Below, one piece after another: positions 1 to 9,435 of a stretch of 64,000 nucleotides of DNA. How positions within the stretch are numbered: the first letter of the stretch is position 1; every line of letters starts with the position of its first letter. Position numbers and translations under genes: made by a program. This DNA comes from Actinomycetes bacterium (GTDB taxonomy: Bacteria > Actinomycetota > Actinomycetes > Propionibacteriales > Propionibacteriaceae): NCBI GenBank assembly GCA_021781735.1, contig JAJXWF010000001.1, positions 3,403-67,402 on the forward strand. Reading direction: 5' to 3'. Below the pieces are notes generated by a model. It ran no database searches. It saw only the letters and a list, made by a program, of their open reading frames with translations, and was not told the origin of the DNA.

Positions 1-777
1 TCTTCCCGTTCGGCCCGGGTGCCCCGTCTGCGGGTGTTCACCTCGAGCACGACATGGCCGGAGAAGTGGCGTTCGGACAGCCGGTGCAGCAGTTCGACCG
101 CCCGCTGGTCCCCCTCGCCCGGCAGCAGGTGCTCATCCTTGATCGATCCGCTCCCGTCGGTGAGATGCACATGCCGCAGCCGCTCGCCCCAGGCGTCGAG
201 GTAGTCGAGGGACTGCACCTGCGCGGTCGACGCGTGCGACAGGTCGAGCACGAGGTGGTCGTAGGGCAGGTCGGTCGGATCCCAGGCCGGGCTGTACGCC
301 TGGAAGCTGGGCCTGCGCGGCGTCCGCCAGGGGTACATGTTCTCGACCGCGAAGGTGATGCCGGTCTCCTCGTTGAGCCGTCGGATGCCCTCGACAAAGT
401 TCCGGGCGTAGTCGCGCTGCCACCGGAAGGGGGGATGCACGACCACCACATCGGCCCCCAACCGGTGCGCGGCCTCGGCCGATTTCTCCAGCTTCGTCCA
501 CGGGTCCTTGCCCCACGTCGTCTGGGTGACCAGCAGGCAGGGGGAATGGACCGCATGGACCGGCACCTGGTGATAGTCACGCAGGTCGACCATGTAGTCG
601 ATGTCGGAGGCCACCGGGTCGATCCCGACCATCAGTTCGACGCCGTCGTAGCCGAGCAGCGCCGCCAGCTCGAAGCCGCTGCCGGTGCGTTCGGGGTAGA
701 CCGACGTGGTCGACAGAAGCACCTTGCAGGGCGCCGGCTCGAGGTGCTGCGGGGCGTTGGGTTCGCGCTCGCTCACC
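1..777 (-). CDS. Sugar phosphate isomerase/epimerase (xylose-isomerase-like TIM barrel). The C-terminus runs off the window, and the 5' end has an apparent +1 frameshift or a non-canonical start.
   Basis: The minus frame absent from the ORF track (no in-window stop) reads LLSTTSVYPERTGSGFELAALLGYDGVELMV..AVHSPCLL..ADVVVVHPPF..FAVENMYPW..LDLSHA..HVHLTDGSG..HVVLEV. An in-frame TGA lies at 774-776 and there is no ATG or GTG before the first beta strand. A GTG at 775-777 in another frame gives VSEREPNAPQHLEPAPCKV and would join LLSTTS if one G near 720-723 were removed. Confidence 0.7.
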
Positions 778-903
778 CCTCCACCGTATTCCGCCCGCGC
801 AGCGGATGCAGCTTCTTGACCCGTCCGGGGCGACATCCCGGGCCCACCGGGGGAGGTCGGCCCCCGATTCGCGTCGACGGGGCGGTCAAGCAACAATGTC
901 CCT

Positions 904-1542
904 ATGCATGTCGACCATCTGGTGTTCGCGGCAGGTCCGGGAGGCCTGGAGGCTGAGGTTCAGCGTCTGGGGGAACGGTTGGGAGCGAGGTTCAAGGACG
1001 GCGGCTTCCATCCGCGGTTCGGGACGCGCAACAACATCCTTCCGCTGACCGGTGGACGCTACCTCGAGGTCGTCGAGGTGCTCGACCACCCGGCCGCCGA
1101 CAAGGCGGTCTACGGGCAGGCCGTGCGTGCCCGCAGCGAACTCGGAGGCGGCTGGCTGGGATGGGTCGTGCGGGTCGACGACCTCACCCCGATCGAGACG
1201 CGGCTTGGGCGTTCCGCGGTCGACGGTTCGCGACACTTCCCCGACGGGCGCCTGCTGGAGTGGAAGCAGATCGGCATCAAGGGCCTGATGGCCGACCCGC
1301 AGTTGCCGTACTTCCTCAAGTGGGAGTCGCCGGCCGATGTGTTGCCCAGCGCCCTGCACGGTGAGATCGGCATCGAGCAGATCGAGATCAGCGGCTCCCG
1401 ACCGCGGGTCGAGGAGTGGCTCGGCCAGGAGGTCGGCGCGCACTTCGACGGCATCCGGTTCGTCTTCACCGCGCCGCACGGCATGCCCGGAATCGACGCC
1501 GTGACCTTCAGCGTGCCGGGCCAGGGTGAGATCCGCATCTGA
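904..1542 (+). CDS. VOC/glyoxalase-like domain protein
   Basis: 212-aa ORF with an ATG start: MHVDHLVFAA..YLEVVEVLDHPAADK..GWLGWVVRVDD. The pattern is typical of glyoxalase-like (Glyoxalase_3) proteins, and third codon positions are GC-rich. Confidence 0.7.
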   Translation: MHVDHLVFAAGPGGLEAEVQRLGERLGARFKDGGFHPRFGTRNNILPLTGGRYLEVVEVLDHPAADKAVYGQAVRARSELGGGWLGWVVRVDDLTPIETRLGRSAVDGSRHFPDGRLLEWKQIGIKGLMADPQLPYFLKWESPADVLPSALHGEIGIEQIEISGSRPRVEEWLGQEVGAHFDGIRFVFTAPHGMPGIDAVTFSVPGQGEIRI

Positions 1543-1627
1543 GCCGACCCTGCCGTCCCACGCGTGCCACAGGGTGAGCGACCGCGCGTCCGGGTGGACT
1601 GTCGGCGGGCCCGCATAGGGTCAGCCC

Positions 1628-3007
1628 ATGGCCAAGACGCAACAAGCGGGCTTCGTCTGCAGCGAATGCGGCTGGACCACCGTCCGGTGGGTCGGCCGCT
1701 GTGGCGAATGCCAGACGTGGGGCAGCGTCGGGGAGCGGGGCGCGCCGAAGCTGCGTGACATCACCTCCGTCGTGCCCACCAGCAAGGCGGTGCCGATCCG
1801 GCAGGTGGCCATTGAGGCGTCCGACCGGCGGCTCACCGGCATCGGCGAACTCGACCGCGTCCTGGGTGGGGGGCTGGTGCCCGGCGTGGTCGTCCTGCTC
1901 GCGGGCGAGCCGGGCGTCGGCAAGTCGACCCTGCTGCTCGAGGTCGCGTCCAAGTGGGCCGGTTCAGGGCAACGCACCCTCTATGTATCCGGTGAGGAGT
2001 CCGCCGCCCAGGTGCGGCTCCGGGCCGAAAGAACCCACGCCCTGGCCGACGAACTCTTCCTCGCCGCCGAAACCGACCTCGGCACCGTGCTCGGGCACGT
2101 CGAGGAGGTCGACCCGTCGCTGCTCGTGATCGACTCGGTTCAGACCATCGCCACCACCGAGGCCGACGGTTCCCCGGGCGGCGTGAGCCAGATCCGGGAG
2201 GTCACCGGCGCCCTCGTGCGCACGGCGAAACGCCGCAACATGGCCGTGGTGCTCATCGGCCACGTCACCAAGGACGGCGGCATCGCCGGCCCGCGCATGC
2301 TCGAACATCTCGTCGACGTCGTGCTCGCCTTCGATGGCGACCGGCACTCGGGGTTCCGCATGGTGCGCGCGTCCAAGAACCGCTTCGGTCCCGCCGACGA
2401 GGTCGGCTGTTTCGAGATGGCCGAGGCCGGCATCGTCGAGGTCGCCGACCCGTCGGGACTGTTCACGACCGGGCACGACGAACCGCTGGCCGGCACCTGC
2501 GTCACCGTCACGATGGAGGGACGCCGGCCGCTGCTGGCCGAACTTCAGGCCCTGGTCGCGTCCACCTCCGACCAGGCCCTGGCGCGGCGGGCCACCCACG
2601 GCGTCGAGAGCTCCCGGGTGGCGATGATCCTGGCGGTGCTCGAGAAGAAGGCCCACCTGCGGCAGGTCGCCCGCTCCGACGTCTACGTGTCGACCGTGGG
2701 GGGTGCCCGGGTCACCGACCCGACCGCGGATCTGGCGATCGCGATCGCGATCGCCTCGGCAACACACGAACGCAACTATCCGCAGCGGGTCGTGGCCTTC
2801 GGCGAGGTGGGGCTGGCCGGCGACCTCCGCCGCGTACCCGGGCTCGAACGGCGCGTCGGTGAGGCGGCCCGGCTCGGATTCGAGCTGGCACTCGTACCCG
2901 TCAACTCCCGCGACACGTCCCAGCGCCTGCCCCGCATGAACGGGCTCAAGGTCGTCGAAGTGAGCGACCTGGCTCAGGCCCTGGCCGCCCTCGACCTGCG
3001 CCACTGA
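1628..3007 (+). CDS. radA: DNA repair protein RadA/Sms
   Basis: N-terminal zinc finger CSECGWTTVRWVGRCGECQTWGS, Walker [10 protein letters not shown], the KNRFG motif and a Lon-like C-terminal domain. It lies immediately upstream of disA, as in other actinobacteria. Confidence 0.95.
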   Translation: MAKTQQAGFVCSECGWTTVRWVGRCGECQTWGSVGERGAPKLRDITSVVPTSKAVPIRQVAIEASDRRLTGIGELDRVLGGGLVPGVVVLLAGEPGVGKSTLLLEVASKWAGSGQRTLYVSGEESAAQVRLRAERTHALADELFLAAETDLGTVLGHVEEVDPSLLVIDSVQTIATTEADGSPGGVSQIREVTGALVRTAKRRNMAVVLIGHVTKDGGIAGPRMLEHLVDVVLAFDGDRHSGFRMVRASKNRFGPADEVGCFEMAEAGIVEVADPSGLFTTGHDEPLAGTCVTVTMEGRRPLLAELQALVASTSDQALARRATHGVESSRVAMILAVLEKKAHLRQVARSDVYVSTVGGARVTDPTADLAIAIAIASATHERNYPQRVVAFGEVGLAGDLRRVPGLERRVGEAARLGFELALVPVNSRDTSQRLPRMNGLKVVEVSDLAQALAALDLRH

Positions 3008-3045
3008 CACCCGAAACCCGCCCGGCCGACCCCTACACTGGGCGG

Positions 3046-4116
3046 GTGGCAGCGGATCAGGCGCAGGTGCGGCGCTACCGGGCGCTTCTCGCACCGGGCA
3101 CCCCACTGCGGGCCGGTCTCGAACGGATCCTGCACGGCCGCACCGGTGCGCTCGTCGTGCTCGGCTGCAACGACGACGTGGTGCGGATCAGCACCGGTGG
3201 GTTCCGGATCGAGGTCGAGTTCACGCCCACCGCGCTGCGCGAGCTCGCGAAGATGGACGGCGCGATCGTGATCAGTTCCGACTTCGAGCGGATCCTGCGC
3301 GCCGGGGTGCATCTGGTGCCCGACGGCAACCTGCCCACCCTCGAGACCGGCACCCGCCATCGCACCGCCGACCGCGTCGCCCAGCAGGCCGGCGTCCCCG
3401 TGGTCACCGTGTCGTCGTCGATGTCGACGATCGCCCTGTTCGTCGGCGGGGAACGCTACGCGATCGAGGACTCCGACCAGATCCTCGCCCGCGCCAATCA
3501 GGCACTCAGCGCGTTGGGCCGTTATCGCGATCGGCTGGCGCGGTTGTCACGCGTCCTCACCGCCCGCGAAGTGCAGGACTCGGTGCAGGTCACCGATCTG
3601 GTGCCGGTGGTCCAGACGATCGAAACGATCCGGCGGCTCGACGCCGAACTGCGCGGCTACGTCGCCGCCCTCGGCATCGACGGACGCCTCGTTGAGCTCC
3701 AACTGTTCGACCTCACGGCCGGCGTCGACGACATGGCCAGCCTGCTCGAGCGCGACTACCGCGCCGACGACATTCCCCCCGACAGGATCGAGCGCAGCTT
3801 CCGGTTGTCGCTGCTGTCCCGGCTCAGTAGCGGTGAACTGCTCGATCAGGCCGCCGTGATCCACGTGCTGGGGCTCGACGAGATCGACGAGGACAGCCTG
3901 CACGCTCGCGGCCATCGGCTGCTCGGACAGCTGTCACGGGTGCCCGTCCCGTCGGCGAACCGGCTTGTTGACCACTTCGGGTCGCTCCAGGCACTGCTCG
4001 GCGCAACGACGTCGGAACTCATGGCCGTCGACGGGATCGGCGAGCAGCGGGCACGGACCGTGCGTGAGGGGCTCGCGAGCCTGTCGGAGCAGGCGTTCAC
4101 CGACGACGTGGTGTAG
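3046..4116 (+). CDS. disA: DNA integrity scanning protein DisA (diadenylate cyclase)
   Basis: LAPGTPLRAGLERILHGRTGALVVLG, DGAIVISSD, RHRTADRV (DAC domain) and a C-terminal HhH region (VDGIGEQRARTVREGL). GTG start 39 nt after radA. Confidence 0.9.
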   Translation: MAADQAQVRRYRALLAPGTPLRAGLERILHGRTGALVVLGCNDDVVRISTGGFRIEVEFTPTALRELAKMDGAIVISSDFERILRAGVHLVPDGNLPTLETGTRHRTADRVAQQAGVPVVTVSSSMSTIALFVGGERYAIEDSDQILARANQALSALGRYRDRLARLSRVLTAREVQDSVQVTDLVPVVQTIETIRRLDAELRGYVAALGIDGRLVELQLFDLTAGVDDMASLLERDYRADDIPPDRIERSFRLSLLSRLSSGELLDQAAVIHVLGLDEIDEDSLHARGHRLLGQLSRVPVPSANRLVDHFGSLQALLGATTSELMAVDGIGEQRARTVREGLASLSEQAFTDDVV

Positions 4117-4125
4117 CGGGCGTCG

Positions 4126-4848
4126 TCAGCCGTGCAGTTGCATGATGAGCTGCGCCGGTTGTCCGCCGGGCAGCACCGCCGTGGCAACGTAGGTTCCCGG
4201 CTGCAGGTAGATGTTGAGCAGCTTGCACCCCGGCGCGGACCGCAGTGTCGGCCACTCCTCCTTGAACGTGTAGCTCTTCGACGCTGCGAGCGGCTTGACC
4301 CCGGTAGGCGCCCACGACGTGCAGTCGGCACTGGTCCAGATACGGTCGGTGCCCGAATAGATCTTCAATGTGAGCGGCGTGCGGGAGAAGTCGAGCTTGC
4401 AGGCGAGACTGCCCTGGTTGGTGAAGGCGACGGACAGGCTGGTGGGACTGCCGGACTTCACCGAGGTGGCACCGTTCACCGCCAGGGCCACGTCGGTGGC
4501 CGCACACACCTGGGGCGCGGCGGGAGTCGTCGGCGTGGGTGAGGGCGTCACCGGTTTCGAGGCGGACGCCGAGGCACTCGCCGACGCCGACCGGGTGGCC
4601 GAGGCCGAGGCCGACGCGGACGGAGGGGGAGTCGGCGTCGTGGAGGGGGCGACAGGAGCATCGCTGGCCAGCGTCGGGGCGTTCGGCGCCGGCTCCGGGC
4701 TGGCGGTGGCGCTGTTCGAGCCGAACAGCATCGACAGCACCCAACCGGCCAGCGCGATCGTCGTCACCACCGCCACGGCGAGCACTCCTCGCCGGGCCCA
4801 GTAGGTGCGCTCCGGCTCCGGACCGGTCGGACGGGTCAGCGGGCTCAT
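4126..4848 (-). CDS. Membrane-anchored protein with an Ala/Pro/Ser/Thr-rich linker (position analogous to Rv3587c)
   Basis: Internal ATG at 4848 gives MSPLTRPTGPEPERTYWARRGVLAVAVVTTIALAGWVLSMLF (one TM helix), then a low-complexity linker and a globular C-terminal domain. The ORF-track start at 4995 would overlap mutY. Confidence 0.6.
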   Translation of the reverse strand: MSPLTRPTGPEPERTYWARRGVLAVAVVTTIALAGWVLSMLFGSNSATASPEPAPNAPTLASDAPVAPSTTPTPPPSASASASATRSASASASASASKPVTPSPTPTTPAAPQVCAATDVALAVNGATSVKSGSPTSLSVAFTNQGSLACKLDFSRTPLTLKIYSGTDRIWTSADCTSWAPTGVKPLAASKSYTFKEEWPTLRSAPGCKLLNIYLQPGTYVATAVLPGGQPAQLIMQLHG

Positions 4849-4935
4849 GCCCGCATGGTAGGTGCCGCCCCGGCACCGATCGGCGCACCACGCCGTGCGC
4901 GTGGCTACCCTGTGCTGGTGCCGGATCGCGACCAG

Positions 4936-5835
4936 ATGACCGCCCCCGACCGCCTCGAGGTCATGCACCGCACATGCGCCTGGTACCGCGAGCACGCGCG
5001 CGACCTGCCGTGGCGGCGTCCGGGAACCAGCCCGTGGGCAGTGGTGGTGAGCGAGATCATGGCCCAGCAGACGCCGGTGTCACGGGTCGTCGACCCCTGG
5101 CGCGCCTGGATGCACCGGTGGCCCACTCCGGCCGCGCTCGCGGCCGACCCGCCCGGGGCTGCGGTCGCCGCATGGGGCCGGCTCGGATATCCCCGGAGGG
5201 CCCTGAGATTGCACGAGGCGGCCCGTGAGATGGTCGAACGCCACGGCGGCGAGGTGCCCGGCGACCTCGCGGCACTCGAGGCGCTCCCCGGCTTCGGGCG
5301 CTACACGGCGGCCGCCGTGTTCAGCTTCGCGTTCGGCGGGAGCACGCCGGTGCTCGACACCAACATCCGCCGGGTGCTCACCCGTGTCGAGGATGCTCGA
5401 CAGTTCCCGCCGGCATCGGCGACCGCCGCCGAGTGGCGCCGAGCTCAGGCGTGGCTGGACACGGCCGCGGGCGTGCCCGACCCGCCGCCCGCCGCGTTGT
5501 GGGCCGTGGCGTCGATGGAACTGGGCGCCCTGGTGTGCACGGCGCGTACCCCCGCCTGCGGGCTGTGCCCGCTGCGTGATCGGTGCGCCTGGCTCGCGGC
5601 GGGACGTCCCGCTCACGACGGGCCGCCCCGACGCACCCAGGCCTGGCACGGGACCGACCGCCAGTGTCGCGGCGTCCTGCTCGACCTCGTGCGGACCGCG
5701 GACGCCGGGGGCCTCGCCGTCGACGTCACCCGGCTGCTCGTCGGATGGCCCGAGCCCGACCAGGCGCGGCGCTGTCTCGACGGCCTGCTCGCCGACGGGC
5801 TCGTGCACCAGGGGCCCGACGGCGTCCACCTGTAG
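4936..5835 (+). CDS. mutY: A/G-specific adenine DNA glycosylase MutY
   Basis: WYREHARDLPWRR, PWAVVVSEIMAQQT, GLGYPRRA, the HhH-GPD region and an Fe-S cysteine cluster CTARTPACGLCPLRDRC. The start is set at ATG 4936; the ORF-track start at 4855 is less likely. Confidence 0.85.
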   Translation: MTAPDRLEVMHRTCAWYREHARDLPWRRPGTSPWAVVVSEIMAQQTPVSRVVDPWRAWMHRWPTPAALAADPPGAAVAAWGRLGYPRRALRLHEAAREMVERHGGEVPGDLAALEALPGFGRYTAAAVFSFAFGGSTPVLDTNIRRVLTRVEDARQFPPASATAAEWRRAQAWLDTAAGVPDPPPAALWAVASMELGALVCTARTPACGLCPLRDRCAWLAAGRPAHDGPPRRTQAWHGTDRQCRGVLLDLVRTADAGGLAVDVTRLLVGWPEPDQARRCLDGLLADGLVHQGPDGVHL

Positions 5836-5869
5836 CCGCGGCGTCCCGGCCCGGACCCGCCGGCGTATA

Positions 5870-5975
5870 GTGGATGCCGCACACGGGAGTCCGGAGCACC
5901 GGGCTGAGAGGAAGGTCAGACCTTCGACCGTCACACCTGATCCGGATCATGCCGGCGTAGGGACAACTCTCATCG
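5870..5975 (+). promoter_or_regulatory. TPP (THI-box) riboswitch
   Basis: cacGGGAGTCCggagcaccGGGCTGAGAGgaaggtcagACC..CACCTGATCCGGATCATGCCGGCGTAGGGAc matches the conserved CUGAGA and ACCUGAUCxGGxUxAUxCCxGCGxAGGGA cores. A downstream hairpin, GTGCCCatcccaggaaGGGCAC (about 6002-6023), can sequester the GGAAGGG ribosome-binding site of the next gene. Confidence 0.85.
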
Positions 5976-6028
5976 AGTTCCACGATTGGTGGAACCCACC
6001 CGTGCCCATCCCAGGAAGGGCACACAGC

Positions 6029-6676
6029 ATGTCATCCAACGCACCCCTCACCTCCACCACATCCGGCGCGACCGATCTCACCGCGCCCGCGCCCTGGTCG
6101 CGGTACGGCTGGCGCATCGTCGACATCGTCGTCGGCGCCGTGCTCGGCGTGGCCACCGGCCTGATCTTCTGGGCCTACAACACCCCCGGCAACTGGCTGT
6201 GGACCGCCGCCGACGCCGCCCTACCCGGGCTCTCCGGGTTCGCCAACGGCCTGTGGCTGCTCGGCGGACCGCTCGGGGCGCTCGTCATCCGCCGCCCCGG
6301 GGCGGCGATCTTCGTCGAGACGCTCGCCGCGGTGGTGTCCGCCGTGCTCGGCAACCAGTGGGGCTGGAGCACCGTGTGGATCGGCATCTTCCAGGGCGTC
6401 GGGGCCGAGATCGCGGTGCTGGCCGTGCTCTATCGACGGTTCACTCTGCCGGTCGCTCTGCTCTCCGGTGCCCTCGCCGGGGTCGGCTGCTGGTTCTACA
6501 GCTTCATCACCGGCGGCCTGGTGATGACCGCCGCGTACAACCTCATCTACGTCGTCACCTCGGCCCTCTCGGGCGCCGCCTTCGCGGGCCTGCTCGGCTG
6601 GCTGATCACCCGGGGCCTGGCGCGGGCAGGGGCACTGCAGCGCTTCACCGCAGGGCGCGACGCCGTGCGCGTCTAG
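6029..6676 (+). CDS. ECF transporter S (substrate-capture) component, YkoE-like. A thiamine or thiamine-precursor substrate is inferred from the riboswitch.
   Basis: 215-aa polytopic membrane protein (about 6 hydrophobic segments) directly downstream of the TPP riboswitch and upstream of the ECF ATPase and T genes. The RBS GGAAGGG lies 8 nt upstream of the ATG. Confidence 0.75.
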   Translation: MSSNAPLTSTTSGATDLTAPAPWSRYGWRIVDIVVGAVLGVATGLIFWAYNTPGNWLWTAADAALPGLSGFANGLWLLGGPLGALVIRRPGAAIFVETLAAVVSAVLGNQWGWSTVWIGIFQGVGAEIAVLAVLYRRFTLPVALLSGALAGVGCWFYSFITGGLVMTAAYNLIYVVTSALSGAAFAGLLGWLITRGLARAGALQRFTAGRDAVRV

Positions 6677-6679
6677 CCC

Positions 6680-8173
6680 ATGGCAACCATCACCGCCCGC
6701 GGCTGGGGTTGGCGTCATGCCGGACGCCGCGAGTGGGCCGTCCGCGACGTGGACTTCGATATCGCCGACGGCGAGCACGTGCTGCTGCTCGGACCCAGCG
6801 GGTCGGGCAAGTCGACACTGCTCGCCGCCATCGCGGGCGTCCTCGGGGGACCGGACGAGGGCGACGAGGCGGGCCTGCTGCTGGTCGACGGGCGGCACCC
6901 GACCCGCTGCCACGGCCGGGTCGGGCTCGTGCAGCAGGATCCGGAGTCGAACATCATCCTCGCCCGGGTCGGAGACGACGTCGCCTTCGGCCCCGAGAAC
7001 CTCGGGGTGCCGCGGGACCTGATCTGGCCCCGGGTGTGGGCTTCGCTGGAGGCCGTCGGGCTCGATCTACCGCTCGATCACCCGAGCGGTCACCTGTCGG
7101 GCGGCCAGAAGCAGCGGCTGGCGATCGCGGGCTCGCTCGCCCTCAGCTCCCCCACCGGAGGCGCCGGCACGAGCGTCCTGCTGCTCGATGAGCCGACGGC
7201 CAACCTCGATCCGTCGGGGGTGGTGGAGGTGCGCGACACCGTGACCCGGCTGGCGCGGGAGCGCGGCGTCACGCTCCTGGTGGTCGAGCACCGGGTGGAC
7301 GTCTGGGCGTCCCTCGTCGACCGGGTGATCGTGCTCGATCCGGTCGGCGGGCTGCTGGCCGACGGCGAACCCGCCGAGGTGTTCGCCGCCCAGCGGGAGG
7401 CACTGGTCCGGGCCGGGGTCTGGGTTCCTGGGGTGGGCAGCGGGCTGACGCCACTTCCAGCGGCGTCCGGGACGCCGGTGCTGTCGGGCGAGCGCCTCGG
7501 CATCGGTTATGTCGCCGACCGCCCGGTGCGCACCGGCCTGGCCGTCGACCTGCCACGCGGCGTGTCGAGCGTCATCACGGGCGACAACGGCACCGGCAAG
7601 ACGACGCTGGCACTCACCCTGGCCGGCCTGCTCCCCCGCCTCGGTGGCCGGGTCGTCGCCGCACCGGACCTGAGCCCCCCGCCCCGCCGCGGGAGGCGCT
7701 CGCGTCGGCGTCCGAGCGCCACCGGGGACGATCCCGGCGACTGGACCTCGCGTGAGTTGCTCACCCGGATCGGCACCGTGTTCCAGCAACCGGAGCACCA
7801 GTTCGTCGCCGGGACGGTGCGCGACGAACTCGCCGTGGGACTCGACGCACTCGGGTGGCCGCCCCACCGCGCCGACAGGCGGGTGGAGGAACTGCTCGGC
7901 GCCCTGCGCCTCGACCGCGTGGCCGCGGCGAACCCGTTCACGCTGTCGGGTGGGGAGAAGCGGCGGCTGAGCGTCGCGACCGTGCTCGCGGCCGGCCCCG
8001 AGGTGATCGTGCTCGACGAGCCGACCTTCGGGCAGGATCGGACGACCTGGCTGGAACTGGTGAGTCTGGTGCGCCGCATGCTCGACGAGGGACGCACGAT
8101 CGTCTCGGTCACCCACGACGCCGCCTACATCGCGGCGCTCGGTCAGCACCGGATCGATCTGGGGGCCGCGTGA
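6680..8173 (+). CDS. ECF transporter duplicated ATPase (fused EcfA-EcfA', YkoD-like)
   Basis: Two ABC cassettes: Walker A GPSGSGKST with signature LSGGQKQR, and Walker A GDNGTGKTT with signature LSGGEKRR. Both have Walker B LLLDEPT or VLDEPT. Confidence 0.9.
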   Translation: MATITARGWGWRHAGRREWAVRDVDFDIADGEHVLLLGPSGSGKSTLLAAIAGVLGGPDEGDEAGLLLVDGRHPTRCHGRVGLVQQDPESNIILARVGDDVAFGPENLGVPRDLIWPRVWASLEAVGLDLPLDHPSGHLSGGQKQRLAIAGSLALSSPTGGAGTSVLLLDEPTANLDPSGVVEVRDTVTRLARERGVTLLVVEHRVDVWASLVDRVIVLDPVGGLLADGEPAEVFAAQREALVRAGVWVPGVGSGLTPLPAASGTPVLSGERLGIGYVADRPVRTGLAVDLPRGVSSVITGDNGTGKTTLALTLAGLLPRLGGRVVAAPDLSPPPRRGRRSRRRPSATGDDPGDWTSRELLTRIGTVFQQPEHQFVAGTVRDELAVGLDALGWPPHRADRRVEELLGALRLDRVAAANPFTLSGGEKRRLSVATVLAAGPEVIVLDEPTFGQDRTTWLELVSLVRRMLDEGRTIVSVTHDAAYIAALGQHRIDLGAA

Positions 8174-8931
8174 TGAACCTGCTCGCCCGCACCAACCCGG
8201 TGACCCGGATCGTGCTGGCCACGATGATTTCGCTGCCACTGCTGTTCACCCTCGACTGGGTGAGTGCCTCGTCGACGCTCGCGGGAGAACTGCTCCTGAC
8301 GCCCCTGTGTGGCGTCGGCATCCGCCTGCTCGCCCGGCGCAGCATCCCCATCGTGATCGCCGCCCTGTTGGGGTCGGTCACCATGTTGCTCTACGGCCAG
8401 CCGGGTGGGCGCACATGGTGGCACTGGACGCTCATCACGGTGTCGGACAACTCCGCGCGACTCGCCACGGCCATCTGCCTGCGTGTGCTGGCCCTCGGGA
8501 TCCCGGCGATCCTGCTGTTCAGTCACGTCGATGCCACCGACATGGCCGATGGCCTCGGTCAGGTGTTCCACCTGCCGGCGCGGTTCGTGCTGGGCACCCT
8601 TGCCGGGTTCCGCATGCTCACGGTGTTCGTCGACGACTGGCGCTCGATCGGCCAGGCCCGGCGGGCCCGCGGCCTGGGCGACACCGACCGACTGCGCCGC
8701 TTCGCCACGATGGCCTTCGGCCTCCTGGTCGTCGCGATCCGCCGCGGCACCCGTCTCGCCACCGCGATGGAGGCGCGCGGGCTCGGCGCGCCGGGCATCA
8801 CGCGCACCTGGGCGCGCCCATCCCGGCTCGGTCGTCCGGACGCCGTCGCGGTCGCCGTGGTTGCCGGCCTGATGGCCCTCGCCCTCGCCCTGGCGTGGTG
8901 GGCGGGAACCTTCTGGCTGGTGTGGACATGA
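8173..8931 (+). CDS. ECF transporter transmembrane T component (EcfT/YkoC-like)
   Basis: MNLLARTNPVTRIVLATMISLPLLF.., a polytopic protein with the conserved QARRARG coupling motif. Its ATG overlaps the ATPase stop (TGATG). Confidence 0.85.
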   Translation: MNLLARTNPVTRIVLATMISLPLLFTLDWVSASSTLAGELLLTPLCGVGIRLLARRSIPIVIAALLGSVTMLLYGQPGGRTWWHWTLITVSDNSARLATAICLRVLALGIPAILLFSHVDATDMADGLGQVFHLPARFVLGTLAGFRMLTVFVDDWRSIGQARRARGLGDTDRLRRFATMAFGLLVVAIRRGTRLATAMEARGLGAPGITRTWARPSRLGRPDAVAVAVVAGLMALALALAWWAGTFWLVWT

Positions 8932-9413
8932 CCCGGCAGGTCGTGATCATCGACGGAGGTTCGGGGGCCGGCAAGACCACGTACGCCGGGGACCTCGCGG
9001 AACGCATGCGCGCGTCCGGGCGTCGGGTGCAGGTGGTCAGCCTCGACGACATGTACCCGGGTTGGTACGGGCTGGCCGCGGCGTCCGACATGGTCGTGCA
9101 CGACGTGCTGGCCGCGGGCCACTACCGCCGGTGGAACTGGCCCGAGCACCGCCCAGCCGAGCGGATCGAGCTCGACCCCGACACGGATCTCATCATCGAG
9201 GGGTGTGGGGCGCTGACCCGGGAGTCGGCTCCCCTGGCCACCCACCGGATCTGGCTTGACCTGGCCGCCGGGGAACGCAGGAGCCGGGCGCTGACGCGCC
9301 CGGACGGCGACGGCTACCGTCCGTGGTGGGACGTGTGGGCGGTGCAGGAAGCCGAGCACTGGGCCCGGAACCACCCGTGGGAACTCGCCGACGAGATCGT
9401 CCGGCCGACCTGA
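8928..9413 (+). CDS. Small P-loop NTPase / nucleoside-kinase-like protein
   Basis: 161 aa: VVIIDGGSGAGKTTYAGDLAERM (Walker A), VVSLDDMYPGW, LIIEGCGAL. Its ATG overlaps the EcfT stop (ATGA at 8928-8931), so it is the last gene of the riboswitch-controlled operon. Confidence 0.7.
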   Translation: MTRQVVIIDGGSGAGKTTYAGDLAERMRASGRRVQVVSLDDMYPGWYGLAAASDMVVHDVLAAGHYRRWNWPEHRPAERIELDPDTDLIIEGCGALTRESAPLATHRIWLDLAAGERRSRALTRPDGDGYRPWWDVWAVQEAEHWARNHPWELADEIVRPT

Positions 9414-9433
9414 GGCGCCGCACACGCGGCGCC
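9414..9433. terminator. GC hairpin between convergent genes
   Basis: GGCGCCGC-acac-GCGGCGCC, an 8-bp stem immediately after the kinase-like gene stop and before the 3' end of the minus-strand gene. There is no U-tract. Confidence 0.4.
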
Positions 9434-9435
9434 GG

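Noticed and set aside
5225-6028. The N-terminal 268 codons of ORF 5225-6676, and the Arg-rich ORF 5986-7191.
   Set aside because: The upstream part overlaps mutY and the TPP riboswitch and is Arg/Pro-rich shadow sequence. Only the membrane protein starting at ATG 6029 is credible.
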